Source: Brasilonema sp. UFV-L1 (GTDB lineage: Bacteria; Cyanobacteriota; Cyanobacteriia; Cyanobacteriales; Nostocaceae). From it: DNA of 32,000 bases. The DNA lies in assembly GCF_012912105.1 (NCBI RefSeq), contig NZ_QMEA01000013.1:39894-71893 (forward strand), written 5' to 3'. A model generated the notes under the pieces. That model searched no databases, was not told where the DNA came from, and was given only the letters and a program-made list of their open reading frames with translations. The position numbers were made by a program, and so were the translations under genes. Of the stretch, positions 16,831-26,231 are shown one piece after another (position 1 is the first letter of the stretch; each line of letters begins with the position of its first letter).

Positions 16831-17637
16831 TTACTTGAGTGTCAAAAACCTGTTCAAAGCTGTTACCATACTAGGGGGCCAACGGCGAATATTTGCCACC
16901 CAGTTGATATCTTTGTATCGTCCATCCAGTCCGACTGCTGACACCCAGTTACTTTCCGCTTCACCTTGTTTTCCCTGTACCCAGTAGGCGGCGGTGATGG
17001 CAGCACGTACATCAGCAAAGTTAGGATATTTACGGAGAATGTTCCGCATTCCACGAATTGCTTCGTCTACTTTACCAGTTTCATAAAGGGCAAGGACATA
17101 GTTTGCACGGGCAAAGGCAAAATTTGGGGCAATTTCATTGGATTTTTTGTAGTCGGCGATCGCCTCTTTCCACTTTCTCAAACCAGCATAGGCATTCCCT
17201 CGATTGTTGTATGCCATTGCATCTAGTGGATCAAGTTCTAAAACATGATTGTAATCGGCGATCGCCTCTTCCCATTTTCCCAAACCTTCCAACGCTGCAC
17301 CACGATTCAAGTAAGGATCAGTCACATTTGGTGCCAATTCTATTGCCTTGTTATAATCTGCCAATGCTTCTTGCAACTTGTTTTGGCTGACTCTAGTATT
17401 TCCCCGGTTACTCCAAGCAGCTGGATTATCGGGAAATTGCTCAATAATTTGCGTCCAGTACCGTTCAGCTGTTGCAAAATCACCTTTATTTATTGCGCTA
17501 ATTGCCTTATTCGCTAATTCATCACCTTGCTGTAACTGTTCTGGAGTCCGATTGGGCGATTGAGTTTGTGCCATAACAACTTCACTCCACCCAAACACCA
17601 GTAACAGACTTAAAAGAATAACAATCAATCTCATCAT
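16831..17637 (-). CDS. Secreted/periplasmic tetratricopeptide-repeat (TPR) protein
   Basis: Signal peptide MMRLIVILLSLLLVFGWSEVVMAQ, followed by repeated 34-aa TPR units (W..RG......L.EA..DY..A.EL.P). Confidence 0.85.
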   Translation of the reverse strand: MMRLIVILLSLLLVFGWSEVVMAQTQSPNRTPEQLQQGDELANKAISAINKGDFATAERYWTQIIEQFPDNPAAWSNRGNTRVSQNKLQEALADYNKAIELAPNVTDPYLNRGAALEGLGKWEEAIADYNHVLELDPLDAMAYNNRGNAYAGLRKWKEAIADYKKSNEIAPNFAFARANYVLALYETGKVDEAIRGMRNILRKYPNFADVRAAITAAYWVQGKQGEAESNWVSAVGLDGRYKDINWVANIRRWPPSMVTALNRFLTLK

Positions 17638-17722
17638 CTGGTTTATCTGTGGTTAAAATCCACAATTTATCATGGCGATAACTTGCCAAACTAGCAAGCA
17701 GCCCCCAATGCAATAAGCAATA

Positions 17723-17780
17723 GGGTAAGACAAGGGGCATTCACCTTGTCTTCTTGTCCCTTTGTCTCCTTGTCTTACCC
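17723..17780 (-). terminator. Hairpin directly after the ruvB stop, containing octamer-like CTTGTC repeats
   Basis: GGGTAAGACAAGG(17723-17735)/CCTTGTCTTACCC(17768-17780), 13-bp perfect arms abutting the ruvB stop codon (17781-17783). Confidence 0.45.
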
Positions 17781-18890
17781 TTAGGGCAACAACGATAACT
17801 GTTCATTTGGCGGTTTAAAACCTAAATGCTTGTAGGCTGTGGGTGTTGCTACTCTACCACGGGTCGTCCGGCTTAAATACCCAATCTGCATGAGATAAGG
17901 TTCATACACTTCCTCAATAGTTTGTGTATCTTCACCTGTTGCTGCGGCGATTGTTTCTAATCCTACCGGACCACCATTAAACTGTTCAATAATGACACTT
18001 AACATCCGACGATCTGTCCAGTCTAAACCGCAAGGATCGACTTGAAATAGTTGCAATGCTTCTGCTGCGACTTTTTCGTTCACCTCGTTAAATGATTTGA
18101 CTTCCGCGTAATCACGGACTCGCTTCAGTAATCTATTGGCAATCCGTGGTGTTCCTCGCGAACGACGAGCAACTTCAGTAGCACCATCTTCGGTGATATT
18201 GGTTTGGAGTAATTGAGCGCTGCGTAGGACAATTTTGCTGAGTTCATCGACTTCATAAAATCTGAGTTTTTGAATTAAGCCAAAGCGATCGCGTAACGGT
18301 GAAGTCAATGCTCCTGCACGAGTTGTTGCTCCAACCAAGGTAAACTTTGATAGCGGTATGCTGCGAGTCTTAGTGCTGGAACCTTTACCAATAGTAATAT
18401 CTAAACGATAATCCTCCATTGCTGGGTATAAAATTTCTTCTGTCATCCGCGACAGACGATGAATTTCATCAATAAATAAAATATCCCCTGGCTTAAGATT
18501 CACAAGTAGCCCGACAATATCCCTGGGACGTTCTAAAGCTGGCGCACTTGTAATTTTGCAACTTACCCCCATTTCAGATGCTAATATCATAGCCATTGTT
18601 GTTTTCCCCAATCCTGGAGGACCATACAACAGCAGATGATCCAGCACTTCACCGCGAGACTTAGCGGCTTTGATAGCAATATCTAGCACATCTTTTAAAT
18701 CTTTTTGCCCGATATAGTCAGCAAATCGCTGTGGTCGTATACTTTCTTCTTGCTTGGTTTCATCAACAGCTGCTTCGGGTTGCAAAAGATTGTCCTTAGA
18801 ATCTGACGGGGGTGCTTTCGCTACCTCACGAGGCTGCTTTGGTTGTCTGTTTGGTTCTTGGGGCTGTTTTTTTGAGGAGATAATAGCCAT
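17781..18890 (-). CDS. ruvB: Holliday junction branch-migration helicase RuvB
   Basis: [11 protein letters not shown], Walker [10 protein letters not shown], Walker [25 protein letters not shown], and a C-terminal winged-helix region. I prefer ATG 18888-18890 (MAIISSKKQ) to the track's 19010 start. Confidence 0.95.
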   Translation of the reverse strand: MAIISSKKQPQEPNRQPKQPREVAKAPPSDSKDNLLQPEAAVDETKQEESIRPQRFADYIGQKDLKDVLDIAIKAAKSRGEVLDHLLLYGPPGLGKTTMAMILASEMGVSCKITSAPALERPRDIVGLLVNLKPGDILFIDEIHRLSRMTEEILYPAMEDYRLDITIGKGSSTKTRSIPLSKFTLVGATTRAGALTSPLRDRFGLIQKLRFYEVDELSKIVLRSAQLLQTNITEDGATEVARRSRGTPRIANRLLKRVRDYAEVKSFNEVNEKVAAEALQLFQVDPCGLDWTDRRMLSVIIEQFNGGPVGLETIAAATGEDTQTIEEVYEPYLMQIGYLSRTTRGRVATPTAYKHLGFKPPNEQLSLLP

Positions 18891-19147
18891 AATTGCTGCT
18901 GTTGACTTTTGGTATACGACTTTTACACTCTTGAGCGCAAGAAGCACTGGGTGTAGGGGAATAACTCTTGAGTGTTCACAGTGCAAGTGTACAATGCAAA
19001 AATTCACCACCTACACCTTATATTTTCCCCTATACTGCTGTTTCCCCCAAGCCCTACTCACATGCGAGAATGTTGTTTCTGTAATACTCTGACCAATTTA
19101 AAATTAAAATTCCGGAGCATCATCACACAAGGAGTGTAAAACTACCC

Positions 19148-19915
19148 ATGCTAGCGAAAAGAATTTTACCGTGCCTGGATGTAAAGGCGGGACGAGTTGT
19201 AAAAGGAGTTAACTTTGTTAACTTGAGGGATGCAGGCGATCCGGTAGAACTAGCAAAAGTTTACAACGATGCAGGTGCAGATGAGTTAGTGTTTCTAGAT
19301 ATTACAGCAACTCATGAAGACCGCGACATTATTATCGACGTAGTGTACCGAACTGCCGAACAGGTCTTTATTCCTTTGACTGTCGGTGGTGGCATCCAAT
19401 CCTTAGAAAATGTTAAAAATCTTTTACGAGCAGGAGCAGACAAGGTTAGTATTAATTCTACGGCGGTACGCGACCCAGATTTTATTAATCGGGCTAGTGA
19501 CCGTTTTGGAAACCAATGTATAGTCGTTGCTATTGATGCCAGACGACGACTAGACTCCAACCACCCTGGTTGGGATGTTTATGTGCGAGGTGGAAGAGAA
19601 AATACTGGCATTGATGCCCTATTTTGGGCACAAGAAGTTGAAAAACGCGGCGCAGGAGAACTCCTAGTCACAAGTATGGATGCTGATGGTACTCAATTGG
19701 GTTATGACATAGAGTTAACTCGCGCAATTGCTGAAGCCGTACAAATTCCAGTCATTGCATCTGGTGGTGCAGGAAATTGCGAACATATTTATACCACGCT
19801 GACAGAAGGTCAAGCGGAAGCAGCATTATTGGCATCGCTTTTACATTACGGGCAGTTAAGCATAGCTGAGATTAAAACTTATCTGTGCGATCGCCAAGTT
19901 CCAGTGAGAATGTAA
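19148..19915 (+). CDS. hisF: Imidazole glycerol phosphate synthase cyclase subunit HisF
   Basis: [66 protein letters not shown]. Confidence 0.95.
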   Translation: MLAKRILPCLDVKAGRVVKGVNFVNLRDAGDPVELAKVYNDAGADELVFLDITATHEDRDIIIDVVYRTAEQVFIPLTVGGGIQSLENVKNLLRAGADKVSINSTAVRDPDFINRASDRFGNQCIVVAIDARRRLDSNHPGWDVYVRGGRENTGIDALFWAQEVEKRGAGELLVTSMDADGTQLGYDIELTRAIAEAVQIPVIASGGAGNCEHIYTTLTEGQAEAALLASLLHYGQLSIAEIKTYLCDRQVPVRM

Positions 19916-19930
19916 TTCCAAGTCTGGAAT
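19915..19930 (+). terminator. Small hairpin at the hisF stop
   Basis: ATTCCA-agtc-TGGAAT followed by CTTTGT. The stem is short. Confidence 0.3.
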
Positions 19931-20017
19931 CTTTGTCAACCAATCAAGTAGTCGTTCAACACAGCTCTCAAAAACGGTGTTAATATAAGTTAACAAGAAT
20001 TAATAATATTAAGAGAT

Positions 20018-20209
20018 ATGTTGATACCTATTTTAGTCTTTGATGTGGCGCTAGTAGCGTGGTCGCTACATCTGATGGAAAGAGCATATGAAAGTAAAGA
20101 ATTTTCTCTAATGTTAGCTGGTACACTGGTTGCCCTAGCAGCTGCAGCTATGTTAGTTGTTTACTTCTTAATGGGGCACTGTATAGGCTATTTGCTACAA
20201 GTTTCTTAA
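20018..20209 (+). CDS. Small hypothetical membrane protein (two predicted hydrophobic helices)
   Basis: 63-aa ORF with two hydrophobic stretches (LIPILVFDVALVAWSL, LMLAGTLVALAAAAMLVVYFL). No homology recognised. Confidence 0.4.
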   Translation: MLIPILVFDVALVAWSLHLMERAYESKEFSLMLAGTLVALAAAAMLVVYFLMGHCIGYLLQVS

Positions 20210-20270
20210 ATTGCTTACTGCCATTGGTTAATACCGAATGGCACTCATTAGCAATGAACAATAAGCAGTG

Positions 20271-20300
20271 TTGACAAACAGCAAACTCTTAAAGCATAAT
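20271..20300 (+). promoter_or_regulatory. Sigma70-type promoter for tRNA-Ala
   Basis: TTGACA (20271-20276), 18-nt spacer, CATAAT (20295-20300), about 20 nt upstream of the tRNA 5' end. Confidence 0.45.
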
Positions 20301-20319
20301 TTGTAATGCACTATTGCAA

Positions 20320-20392
20320 GGGGTTATAGCTCAGTTGGTAGAGCACCTCAATGGCATTGAGGGGGTCAGCGGTTCGAATCCGCTTAGCTCCA
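20320..20392 (+). tRNA. tRNA-Ala (anticodon GGC), no encoded CCA
   Basis: Cloverleaf folded by hand. Acceptor GGGGTTA/TAGCTCC with the G3:U70 alanine identity pair. D arm GCTC-AGTTGGTA-GAGC. Anticodon arm CCTCA-ATGGCAT-TGAGG (GGC at 20353-20355). T arm AGCGG-TTCGAAT-CCGCT. Discriminator A. Confidence 0.95.
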
Positions 20393-20518
20393 TTTAAGAT
20401 TGTCGAATCGCAAACTATTTGTCGTTGCGACAAGAAGCAGAAATTGTCTGGAAAGAATATCTTATACTTGTCAAGCGAATCACACAATACGCTTGCTGTT
20501 AGCGCGAAAAACATAAAA

Positions 20519-21418
20519 CTATACAACAGTTAAAACTAAACCTTCTTTAGCTAGTAATGCTTTAGGAAAGACAGATTTCACATCAACCTGAACTTGATCA
20601 AGAAAATCATCGTCATCATCTGGATGATGATGAGAGATGACTAACTGTTTGACGTTAGCAGTTGTAGCCAAATCCACAGCAGTGTCCCAGTGGAAATCAG
20701 GGCTGTTATAATTGCGTGCGGCTGGAAGAGCGTAAGTTGCATTAGCAATAAGCAAATTAACGCCTTTTGTCAGCTGCGCTATGTATTTTTGATCCACTTC
20801 ATTTGCTATCTTGGATACATCTGTTATGTAAGCAACACTGTATTCCTGCCAACTGACTCTGTAACCAATTGATTTTTGCTCGTGATTTATAATTGCAGTT
20901 GTAATAGTGATATCATCTATCTTCACGACCTTACCTGATGTCAAGTTATGGAAGTGTAGTTCAGATTGCATGAGCTGGAAAGGGTAAGGAAAGTGCGGCT
21001 GAAGCATCTGATCACACAAGCATTGTTTAATTGACGCTCCATTTAAAGCAGCTGTTCCGTAAATGTGGAGGCAATTTTCGCTCACAAATGCAGGGGCAAA
21101 AAAGGGAAATCCTTGGATACGATTTGATTGAGAGTTGGTAAAAAATAAATGGGCTTTTAGAGGCGATCGCAGTTGCAACATACTTTTTCCAAGTAAGCGC
21201 AAACCAGTACCGCCATCAAAAACTAAGTGTTTTCCACCGACTTGCATTTCTACACAACCAGTGTTACCACCATATCGGATAGTGTGGCTACCTGGTGTTG
21301 GAATTAAACCTCGTACACCCCAAAATTGTACCAAAAACTCCGACCCTTGACTCAAAATCTGGGGAAAAGGCTTTGGACTTGCGTACTTCTGGGGAGGCGA
21401 CAGCTTAAGATTGGACAT
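20519..21418 (-). CDS. MBL-fold (metallo-beta-lactamase superfamily, PhnP-like) protein with degenerate metal-binding motif
   Basis: FWGVRGLIPTPG, YGGNTGCVEM, VFDGGTGLR and IQGFPFFAPAF are typical of the family. The HxHxDH position reads TNSQSNR (21119-21139). Confidence 0.8.
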   Translation of the reverse strand: MSNLKLSPPQKYASPKPFPQILSQGSEFLVQFWGVRGLIPTPGSHTIRYGGNTGCVEMQVGGKHLVFDGGTGLRLLGKSMLQLRSPLKAHLFFTNSQSNRIQGFPFFAPAFVSENCLHIYGTAALNGASIKQCLCDQMLQPHFPYPFQLMQSELHFHNLTSGKVVKIDDITITTAIINHEQKSIGYRVSWQEYSVAYITDVSKIANEVDQKYIAQLTKGVNLLIANATYALPAARNYNSPDFHWDTAVDLATTANVKQLVISHHHPDDDDDFLDQVQVDVKSVFPKALLAKEGLVLTVV

Positions 21419-21430
21419 AATTGCTCGAAA

Positions 21431-21814
21431 CTAGGTCTGACTAAGCAGGTCATCGTAGCGCCGCACTTCCAACAGTTGGTTTCTATTATCCACAATCACA
21501 ACTGTGGGAGAGTATGTTTTTAACTCTTCCGAAGTGAACTGCCCGTAAGACATTATAATCAAGCGATCGCCTATCATGCCTAGACGTGCTGCAGCCCCAT
21601 TCAGTTCAATTGCTCCTGAATTGGCTACAGCCGAAATCGCATAAGTTATGAAGCGTTCGCCATTGGTAACATTTACTACTTGCACTTGTTCATAGGGTAA
21701 GATACCTGCTTTTTCCAACAAAACTTGGTCTACACTGATACTCCCTACATAGTTAATATTTGCTGCTGTTAGTGTGCAGTTGTGAATTTTTGCCAAAAGA
21801 AGCGTTCGCTGCAT
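21431..21814 (-). CDS. panD: Aspartate 1-decarboxylase (pyruvoyl-dependent) PanD
   Basis: [29 protein letters not shown] (Gly-Ser self-cleavage site), [22 protein letters not shown], 127 aa. Confidence 0.95.
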   Translation of the reverse strand: MQRTLLLAKIHNCTLTAANINYVGSISVDQVLLEKAGILPYEQVQVVNVTNGERFITYAISAVANSGAIELNGAAARLGMIGDRLIIMSYGQFTSEELKTYSPTVVIVDNRNQLLEVRRYDDLLSQT

Positions 21815-22000
21815 TGGGTTTGAATCATCAGTTATCAGTGAGCCAGCGCTATACAGTCTGGAAGTCAGTGCGTTGCTGTGAAACAGTGCTGGGCTGGGTT
21901 TCCCGCATCTTGACGAGTGATATTTGTCACTAAATCAAGGCATACCCGCTCAACTTCTGAGGAGAAGCATGAGCGGTTCTTCTGTTGACCATAAATCTCC

Positions 22001-23257
22001 TTAAATCTCGGCATAGCTATATCCATCCTTCCGATGCATAGGTTTTACTTCGTGAGGTTTGCAATAGTGACGAACGCCATTGACGCGAATCTCTAAGCGC
22101 TTCTCGTTTTGAACCACAACGCGACCGACAACACCTTGAATTGTTCTACCGATATCGCCAGTTTTCCAAGGAGTGTTATAGGTTTGACGTGGCTTAGAAC
22201 AAGGAAATCCAAATTTGTCCATGCGACAGAGACGACGAGTACCAAATCCAGTTGCTTTCTGACTCAAAATTTTCTGAGTCAGAATCGCTAAAGATTCTGT
22301 TATCCCAACACAAGCAGCATCCAACCAGTGTTCCTTGGCAAGTCCGAAACGAGATCGGTTGTACTTGGTTTGCCCACCCGTCCCGGTTGTGACAGACAAT
22401 TTTGTTGATCTGAGCACCTCAAACAGTTTCCATCGGGTCGAATTGACTGCACTGGCATCCTTTAAGGGTGCTTTCGATTGCTTTAAGATTTTGGCAACTA
22501 AATCTGGCTTTCCCTTTAGAAAACCTTTGAGGTCTTTTGTCCCTTTCTTCTGATTACACTTGTGACAGGCGAGACAAAGATTAGAAACTCGGTTGCTTCC
22601 ACCATTTGCTCTAGCGGTAATATGCTCAATCTGCAAAGGAACATTCTCTTTAGAACAGTAAGTGCACTTGCGCCCCCACTTTTCTAAAAGGTACTGGCGA
22701 ACTTCGTACCCTGCTAATGTTCCTTGCTGATATTCAACTCCAGAGATTTCAGGATTCTCTAACTTCTGCATATCAAACCGAACCAGTTCCATCCGAATCT
22801 CGCCGATGGGTACAAACTTGCAGAGTCGCTTGATCCAAGTTTCAACCGTCAGAACGCGATGCATGAGGGATGGGGCTAACCATCCTTTTGGACGTTTGCG
22901 ATTGAGATATCGCGCTTTGCGATACCGAGTATTACGCGACCGACGGGCACGACGCACGGCACGGCGAGTCTGCAGCGCATCCTTAATTGCTTGTCCGCGA
23001 TGCTCTAACTCCATTCCCCAGATTACTTCGCTTTGGTCGGTTACAAGTGAAATTCCAGTAACCTTGGAACCCGGATCAATCTTAAGGGTAAGCGGATGCA
23101 CCATTGTATTGTCTACCGCTCGATTTAGAATAAGCGTGAACGGGTAATGCCTGAACACCGCAGCTTTTCCCGATTCCATTAGCTTACAAGCTTGTTTTGG
23201 ATGGACTGGGTTTAATTGTGTTTTGTTGGCATCAATCAAAAACACATAATTTGACAT
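22001..23257 (-). CDS. iscB: IscB, OMEGA-type RNA-guided nuclease, copy 2 (divergent paralogue of copy 1), apparently intact
   Basis: Same architecture as copy 1: MSNYVFLIDANK, KIDPGS, RRARRSRNTRYRKARYLNRKRP, MELVRFD, CTYC...QIEHITARANGGSNRVSNLCLACHKCNQKKG, HWLDAACVG. The C-terminal ~90 aa are strongly diverged from copy 1. Confidence 0.85.
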   Translation of the reverse strand: MSNYVFLIDANKTQLNPVHPKQACKLMESGKAAVFRHYPFTLILNRAVDNTMVHPLTLKIDPGSKVTGISLVTDQSEVIWGMELEHRGQAIKDALQTRRAVRRARRSRNTRYRKARYLNRKRPKGWLAPSLMHRVLTVETWIKRLCKFVPIGEIRMELVRFDMQKLENPEISGVEYQQGTLAGYEVRQYLLEKWGRKCTYCSKENVPLQIEHITARANGGSNRVSNLCLACHKCNQKKGTKDLKGFLKGKPDLVAKILKQSKAPLKDASAVNSTRWKLFEVLRSTKLSVTTGTGGQTKYNRSRFGLAKEHWLDAACVGITESLAILTQKILSQKATGFGTRRLCRMDKFGFPCSKPRQTYNTPWKTGDIGRTIQGVVGRVVVQNEKRLEIRVNGVRHYCKPHEVKPMHRKDGYSYAEI

Positions 23258-23510
23258 CTTCTGTCAACCTGATAATCAGTAATGTTTGCTTCAAGAATGT
23301 TGAGAACGCTTGTTCGGCTGAAAGCACTTGACTTATAAACCGTTCAGTCATTCCTTAACTTTCAGCGACAGAGCTACAAACTAGCGAATTTGTAGGTGTC
23401 ATGACGTTCTCAACGGTGGTCTAATCCTGTCTCTGGTGGGTGAATCCATCTGTTTGCACAGATTTAATTAGGTTTGATTCACCCCTCTCCATTGAAGTAC
23501 CTGGGATTCT
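23258..23510 (-). ncRNA. Candidate IscB omega-RNA of copy 2 (scaffold about 23258-23490, guide just upstream on the minus strand); boundaries approximate
   Basis: Minus-strand leader shares these blocks with copy 1: GTCATGACAC, AGTTTGTAGCTCTGTCG, TTAAGG, AACAAGC, GCAAACATTACT, GACAGAAG-ATG. Hairpin GGGTGAATC(23484-23476)/GATTCACCC(23446-23438) sits at the position of the copy 1 hairpin. Perfect long-range pair GTTGAGAACG(23414-23405)/CGTTCTCAAC(23308-23299). Confidence 0.5.
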
Positions 23511-23666
23511 CCCAGTCTCACAGCGACTGGCGGTTTTCCGAAGGCGAAGGCAGGCATACCTGCTCTTGCGCAGCCGTGGCGTCAACTATAGGGTTACCAC
23601 TTATCAGTTTAGACAATAATCTGTTGATTATTGTTCACTGATTAAGATTATTTCTCAATCAGAGTT

Positions 23667-24185
23667 TTAGCCTTTTCCAGCACTAGCCTTAATACACTTC
23701 TCTACTAAAGGCAAGACCTGATCAACATCTTGCCACCCAAGAATCTCCGTCACTTTTTTCTCTAAGTTTTTATATGTGCGGAAAAATTCGGCTATTTCTT
23801 CTAGTCGATGTCGTGCAAGGTCTTTCAAGGATTTTACAGAAGCGTAACGTGGGTCTTTGTCAGGAACACAAAGGATTTTTTCATCGCGATCGCCACCGTC
23901 TATCATTTCTAGCATACCAATTGGTCTGGCTGCAATCACGCATCCTGGGAAGGTCGGCTCATCTAAGATGACCATACCATCCAATGGATCGCCGTCATCT
24001 GCCAAAGTGTTGGGTACAAAGCCGTAGTCGTATGGGTATTGTACGGACGAGTAAAGTACTCTGTCTAAGGCAAAAGCTTGTAATTCTTTATCGTATTCGT
24101 ATTTATTCTTACTCCCGCCTGTAATTTCAATCAGAACGTTAATCAGACCTGGTTTAGGTTGGGCAGGAATACGAGATAAGTCCAC
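23667..24185 (-). CDS. ppa: Family I inorganic pyrophosphatase
   Basis: [58 protein letters not shown], 172 aa. Confidence 0.95.
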   Translation of the reverse strand: MDLSRIPAQPKPGLINVLIEITGGSKNKYEYDKELQAFALDRVLYSSVQYPYDYGFVPNTLADDGDPLDGMVILDEPTFPGCVIAARPIGMLEMIDGGDRDEKILCVPDKDPRYASVKSLKDLARHRLEEIAEFFRTYKNLEKKVTEILGWQDVDQVLPLVEKCIKASAGKG

Positions 24186-24349
24186 AACAAAATTCCTCAG
24201 CTAACAGTAAATTAGGGGGTGCTTTATACTTAGCTCCCAGTGTAGAATTCTAAGCTAAGATGAGCTACTGGTTTTGTAAAACTTATACGAACCCATACAT
24301 TATTGCATGTTTGAGTGCTCTACCTCCAGTCAGTCAATCGAGTTCTGCC

Positions 24350-24811
24350 ATGTTACCAAATCCTCAATCCCTAAAAAGTGTCCTTGCTTCGGGTGATTTA
24401 CGACGAGTGCATCACATCGCCTTTAACGTTCATGATATGCAAGCCTCTCGACACTTCTACAGTCATATTTTAGGTTTGCACGAGCTGACGGGTGATGAGG
24501 TTCCTGCAACCCTCGTGGACTTGGTTGCACAAGGGAAAGTTGCTAACTTTGTCACTCCTGATGGTACTATTCTTGATTTATTCTGGGAACCAGACTTATT
24601 ACCGCCAGACCCAAACCCAGAACGTACTTTTACCAGAGCATACCACTTAGCTTTTGACATTGCTCCTGAGCTGTTTGAGCAGGCAGTTGAAATTATAAGA
24701 CAAAATCAAATACAAATTGCTCACGGACCAGTCACTCGTCCCACTGGTAGAGGTGTGTACTTCTATGACCCCGATGGCTTTATGATAGAGATTCGTTGCG
24801 ATCCACAATAG
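24350..24811 (+). CDS. VOC (glyoxalase/bleomycin-resistance/dioxygenase) family protein
   Basis: RVHHIAFNVHDMQASRHFYSHILGL and GRGVYFYDPDGFMIEI are typical VOC beta-alpha-beta-beta-beta modules. I prefer ATG 24350 to the track's 24260 start; a 153-aa product fits the family. Confidence 0.8.
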   Translation: MLPNPQSLKSVLASGDLRRVHHIAFNVHDMQASRHFYSHILGLHELTGDEVPATLVDLVAQGKVANFVTPDGTILDLFWEPDLLPPDPNPERTFTRAYHLAFDIAPELFEQAVEIIRQNQIQIAHGPVTRPTGRGVYFYDPDGFMIEIRCDPQ

Positions 24812-24956
24812 CAGGAGAGAGGAAACAATTCAAAATTCGCTCATTCAATCCGGGACTGCGTCCCGCTGCGCTAACAAAATTCAAAATTCAAAAAAAAAGA
24901 ATTTGAGATTTTGAAGTCATCATTTTCAATGACCTTACCAAGGTTACTAATGAGTC

Positions 24957-25247
24957 ATGAATAATTTAGAGAAGACATATCAAGTTATCGAAGAGGCGAT
25001 TAAAAAACCTCCAGTTCCACACGAAGCACAAAAACAATCATTAAAAGCTTGGGCGATGTATTGCCTACGAGATAGAGGCTTTAAAGTCATATATGCTCAA
25101 AATGCTGACTTTGCTGTTGAAACAAGAAACGGTGACAAGATTTATTTTCAAGTTGCAAATGATGCAAGTGATTTAGATAGCCAATTTTGCTGGATAGTTT
25201 GGGATAGTGCTACAAAAAATGCCAGCCTCATTCCAGCTAAATCTTAG
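24957..25247 (+). CDS. Hypothetical protein (96 aa)
   Basis: An ORF of normal composition in an otherwise empty gap. No motif recognised. Confidence 0.45.
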   Translation: MNNLEKTYQVIEEAIKKPPVPHEAQKQSLKAWAMYCLRDRGFKVIYAQNADFAVETRNGDKIYFQVANDASDLDSQFCWIVWDSATKNASLIPAKS

Positions 25248-25332
25248 TCTTGGTGTTTTCTGTCGTGATGTGAGAATGCTCACATTGAAAAAATGATTTA
25301 GAGATATTTACAAAGTTAATGAATGGAAATCA

Positions 25333-26103
25333 ATGTCTTTTCTTGAAGGGATTAGCAACGCCAATGCATTCATTGTGGGAGCAAGTCAAGGCATTGGTTT
25401 AGGTTTTGTGAAAAAATTATTGCAAGATGACAGGTTTGCTCAAGTTTATGCGACTTATCGCCAGCCAGAATCTGCTTTTGATTTATTAACTCTTCAGGAC
25501 GAACATCCTGACAAATTAATTTGTCTGTCGATGGATATTACTGATGAGTCGCAGATTGTTGATGTTGTTCAACAAATTAGTGCAGCGATTCACAAGCTTC
25601 ATTTAGTTGTGAACTGTGTAGGATTGCTGCATGACGGTGATTTGCAACCAGAAAAAAGTTTAAGACGTATTAATTCAGAGTATTTGATACGCTACTTCCA
25701 AGTTAACAGTATTGGGTCTATCCTGCTTGCCAAACACTTGTTGCCTTTGTTTCGTCATCATGAACGTAGTGTTTTTGGCAGTATTTCTGCCAAGATAGGT
25801 AGTATTGGGGATAACCAATTAGGAGGCTGGTATGGGTATCGAGCCTCCAAAGCTGCACTCAATATGCTCATGCGAACAGCAGCGATTGAGTATAAAAGAA
25901 GTAGCCCCAAGACAGTGATAGTTATGTTACACCCTGGTACAACTGATACACGTCTTTCTCGTCCATTTCAGGCAAATGTACCTGCGGAAAAATTATTTTC
26001 AGTGGAACGGACAGTTGATCAATTATTTGCTGTCATCGAACAACTCCAGGATGGCGATAGCGGGCAGTTTTTTTCCTGGGATGGTAGCCGCTTACCTTGG
26101 TAA
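25333..26103 (+). CDS. Short-chain dehydrogenase/reductase (C-factor/CsgA-like subgroup)
   Basis: AFIVGASQGIGLGF, NCVG, the SAKIGS...YGYRASKAALN catalytic pattern, HPGTTDT. Confidence 0.85.
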   Translation: MSFLEGISNANAFIVGASQGIGLGFVKKLLQDDRFAQVYATYRQPESAFDLLTLQDEHPDKLICLSMDITDESQIVDVVQQISAAIHKLHLVVNCVGLLHDGDLQPEKSLRRINSEYLIRYFQVNSIGSILLAKHLLPLFRHHERSVFGSISAKIGSIGDNQLGGWYGYRASKAALNMLMRTAAIEYKRSSPKTVIVMLHPGTTDTRLSRPFQANVPAEKLFSVERTVDQLFAVIEQLQDGDSGQFFSWDGSRLPW

Positions 26104-26118
26104 AAATCATGAGAAGTT

Positions 26119-26159
26119 GTCAGGAGCGGAGCCGGAGACGCTCCGCCTCCGGTCAGGAG
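26119..26159. repeat. GC-rich imperfect palindrome flanked by GTCAGGAG direct repeats (dispersed-repeat/terminator-like)
   Basis: GTCAGGAG(26119-26126) ... CGGAG-acg-CTCCG ... GTCAGGAG(26152-26159), immediately after the SDR stop. Confidence 0.35.
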
Positions 26160-26231
26160 TCAAGGGTCAGAATGCTGTTAACTTAACCGTAGAAAAGAAT
26201 ATCCTGTCAAATTTAAATATATCAACAATTT

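Larger units (their letters stand above)
21924..23510 (-). mobile_element. Non-autonomous IS200/IS605-type IscB element between ppa and panD; ends approximate
   Basis: omega-RNA + iscB + 3' hairpin CCGCTCA..CTTCT-cctc-AGAAG..TGAGCGG (21946-21976), followed by an AGTGACAA box (minus strand, 21924-21931). No tnpA. Confidence 0.45.

Noticed and set aside
16793-17563. Five overlapping plus-strand ORFs (16793-16987, 16966-17226, 17058-17390, 17245-17517, 17378-17563) and the minus-strand ORF 16863-17054
   Set aside because: All lie antisense to, or out of frame within, the TPR gene (16831-17637). The repetitive TPR coding sequence generates open shadow frames.
18891-19010. 40-codon N-terminal extension of ruvB, and the antisense ORF 18754-19092
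   Set aside because: The extension is Cys/His/Val-rich nonsense ([16 protein letters not shown]..). ATG 18890 gives a typical cyanobacterial RuvB N-terminus.
20311-20533. ORFs 20311-20526 (-) and 20351-20533 (+)
   Set aside because: They overlap the hand-folded tRNA-Ala(GGC) and its flank, and have no coding features.
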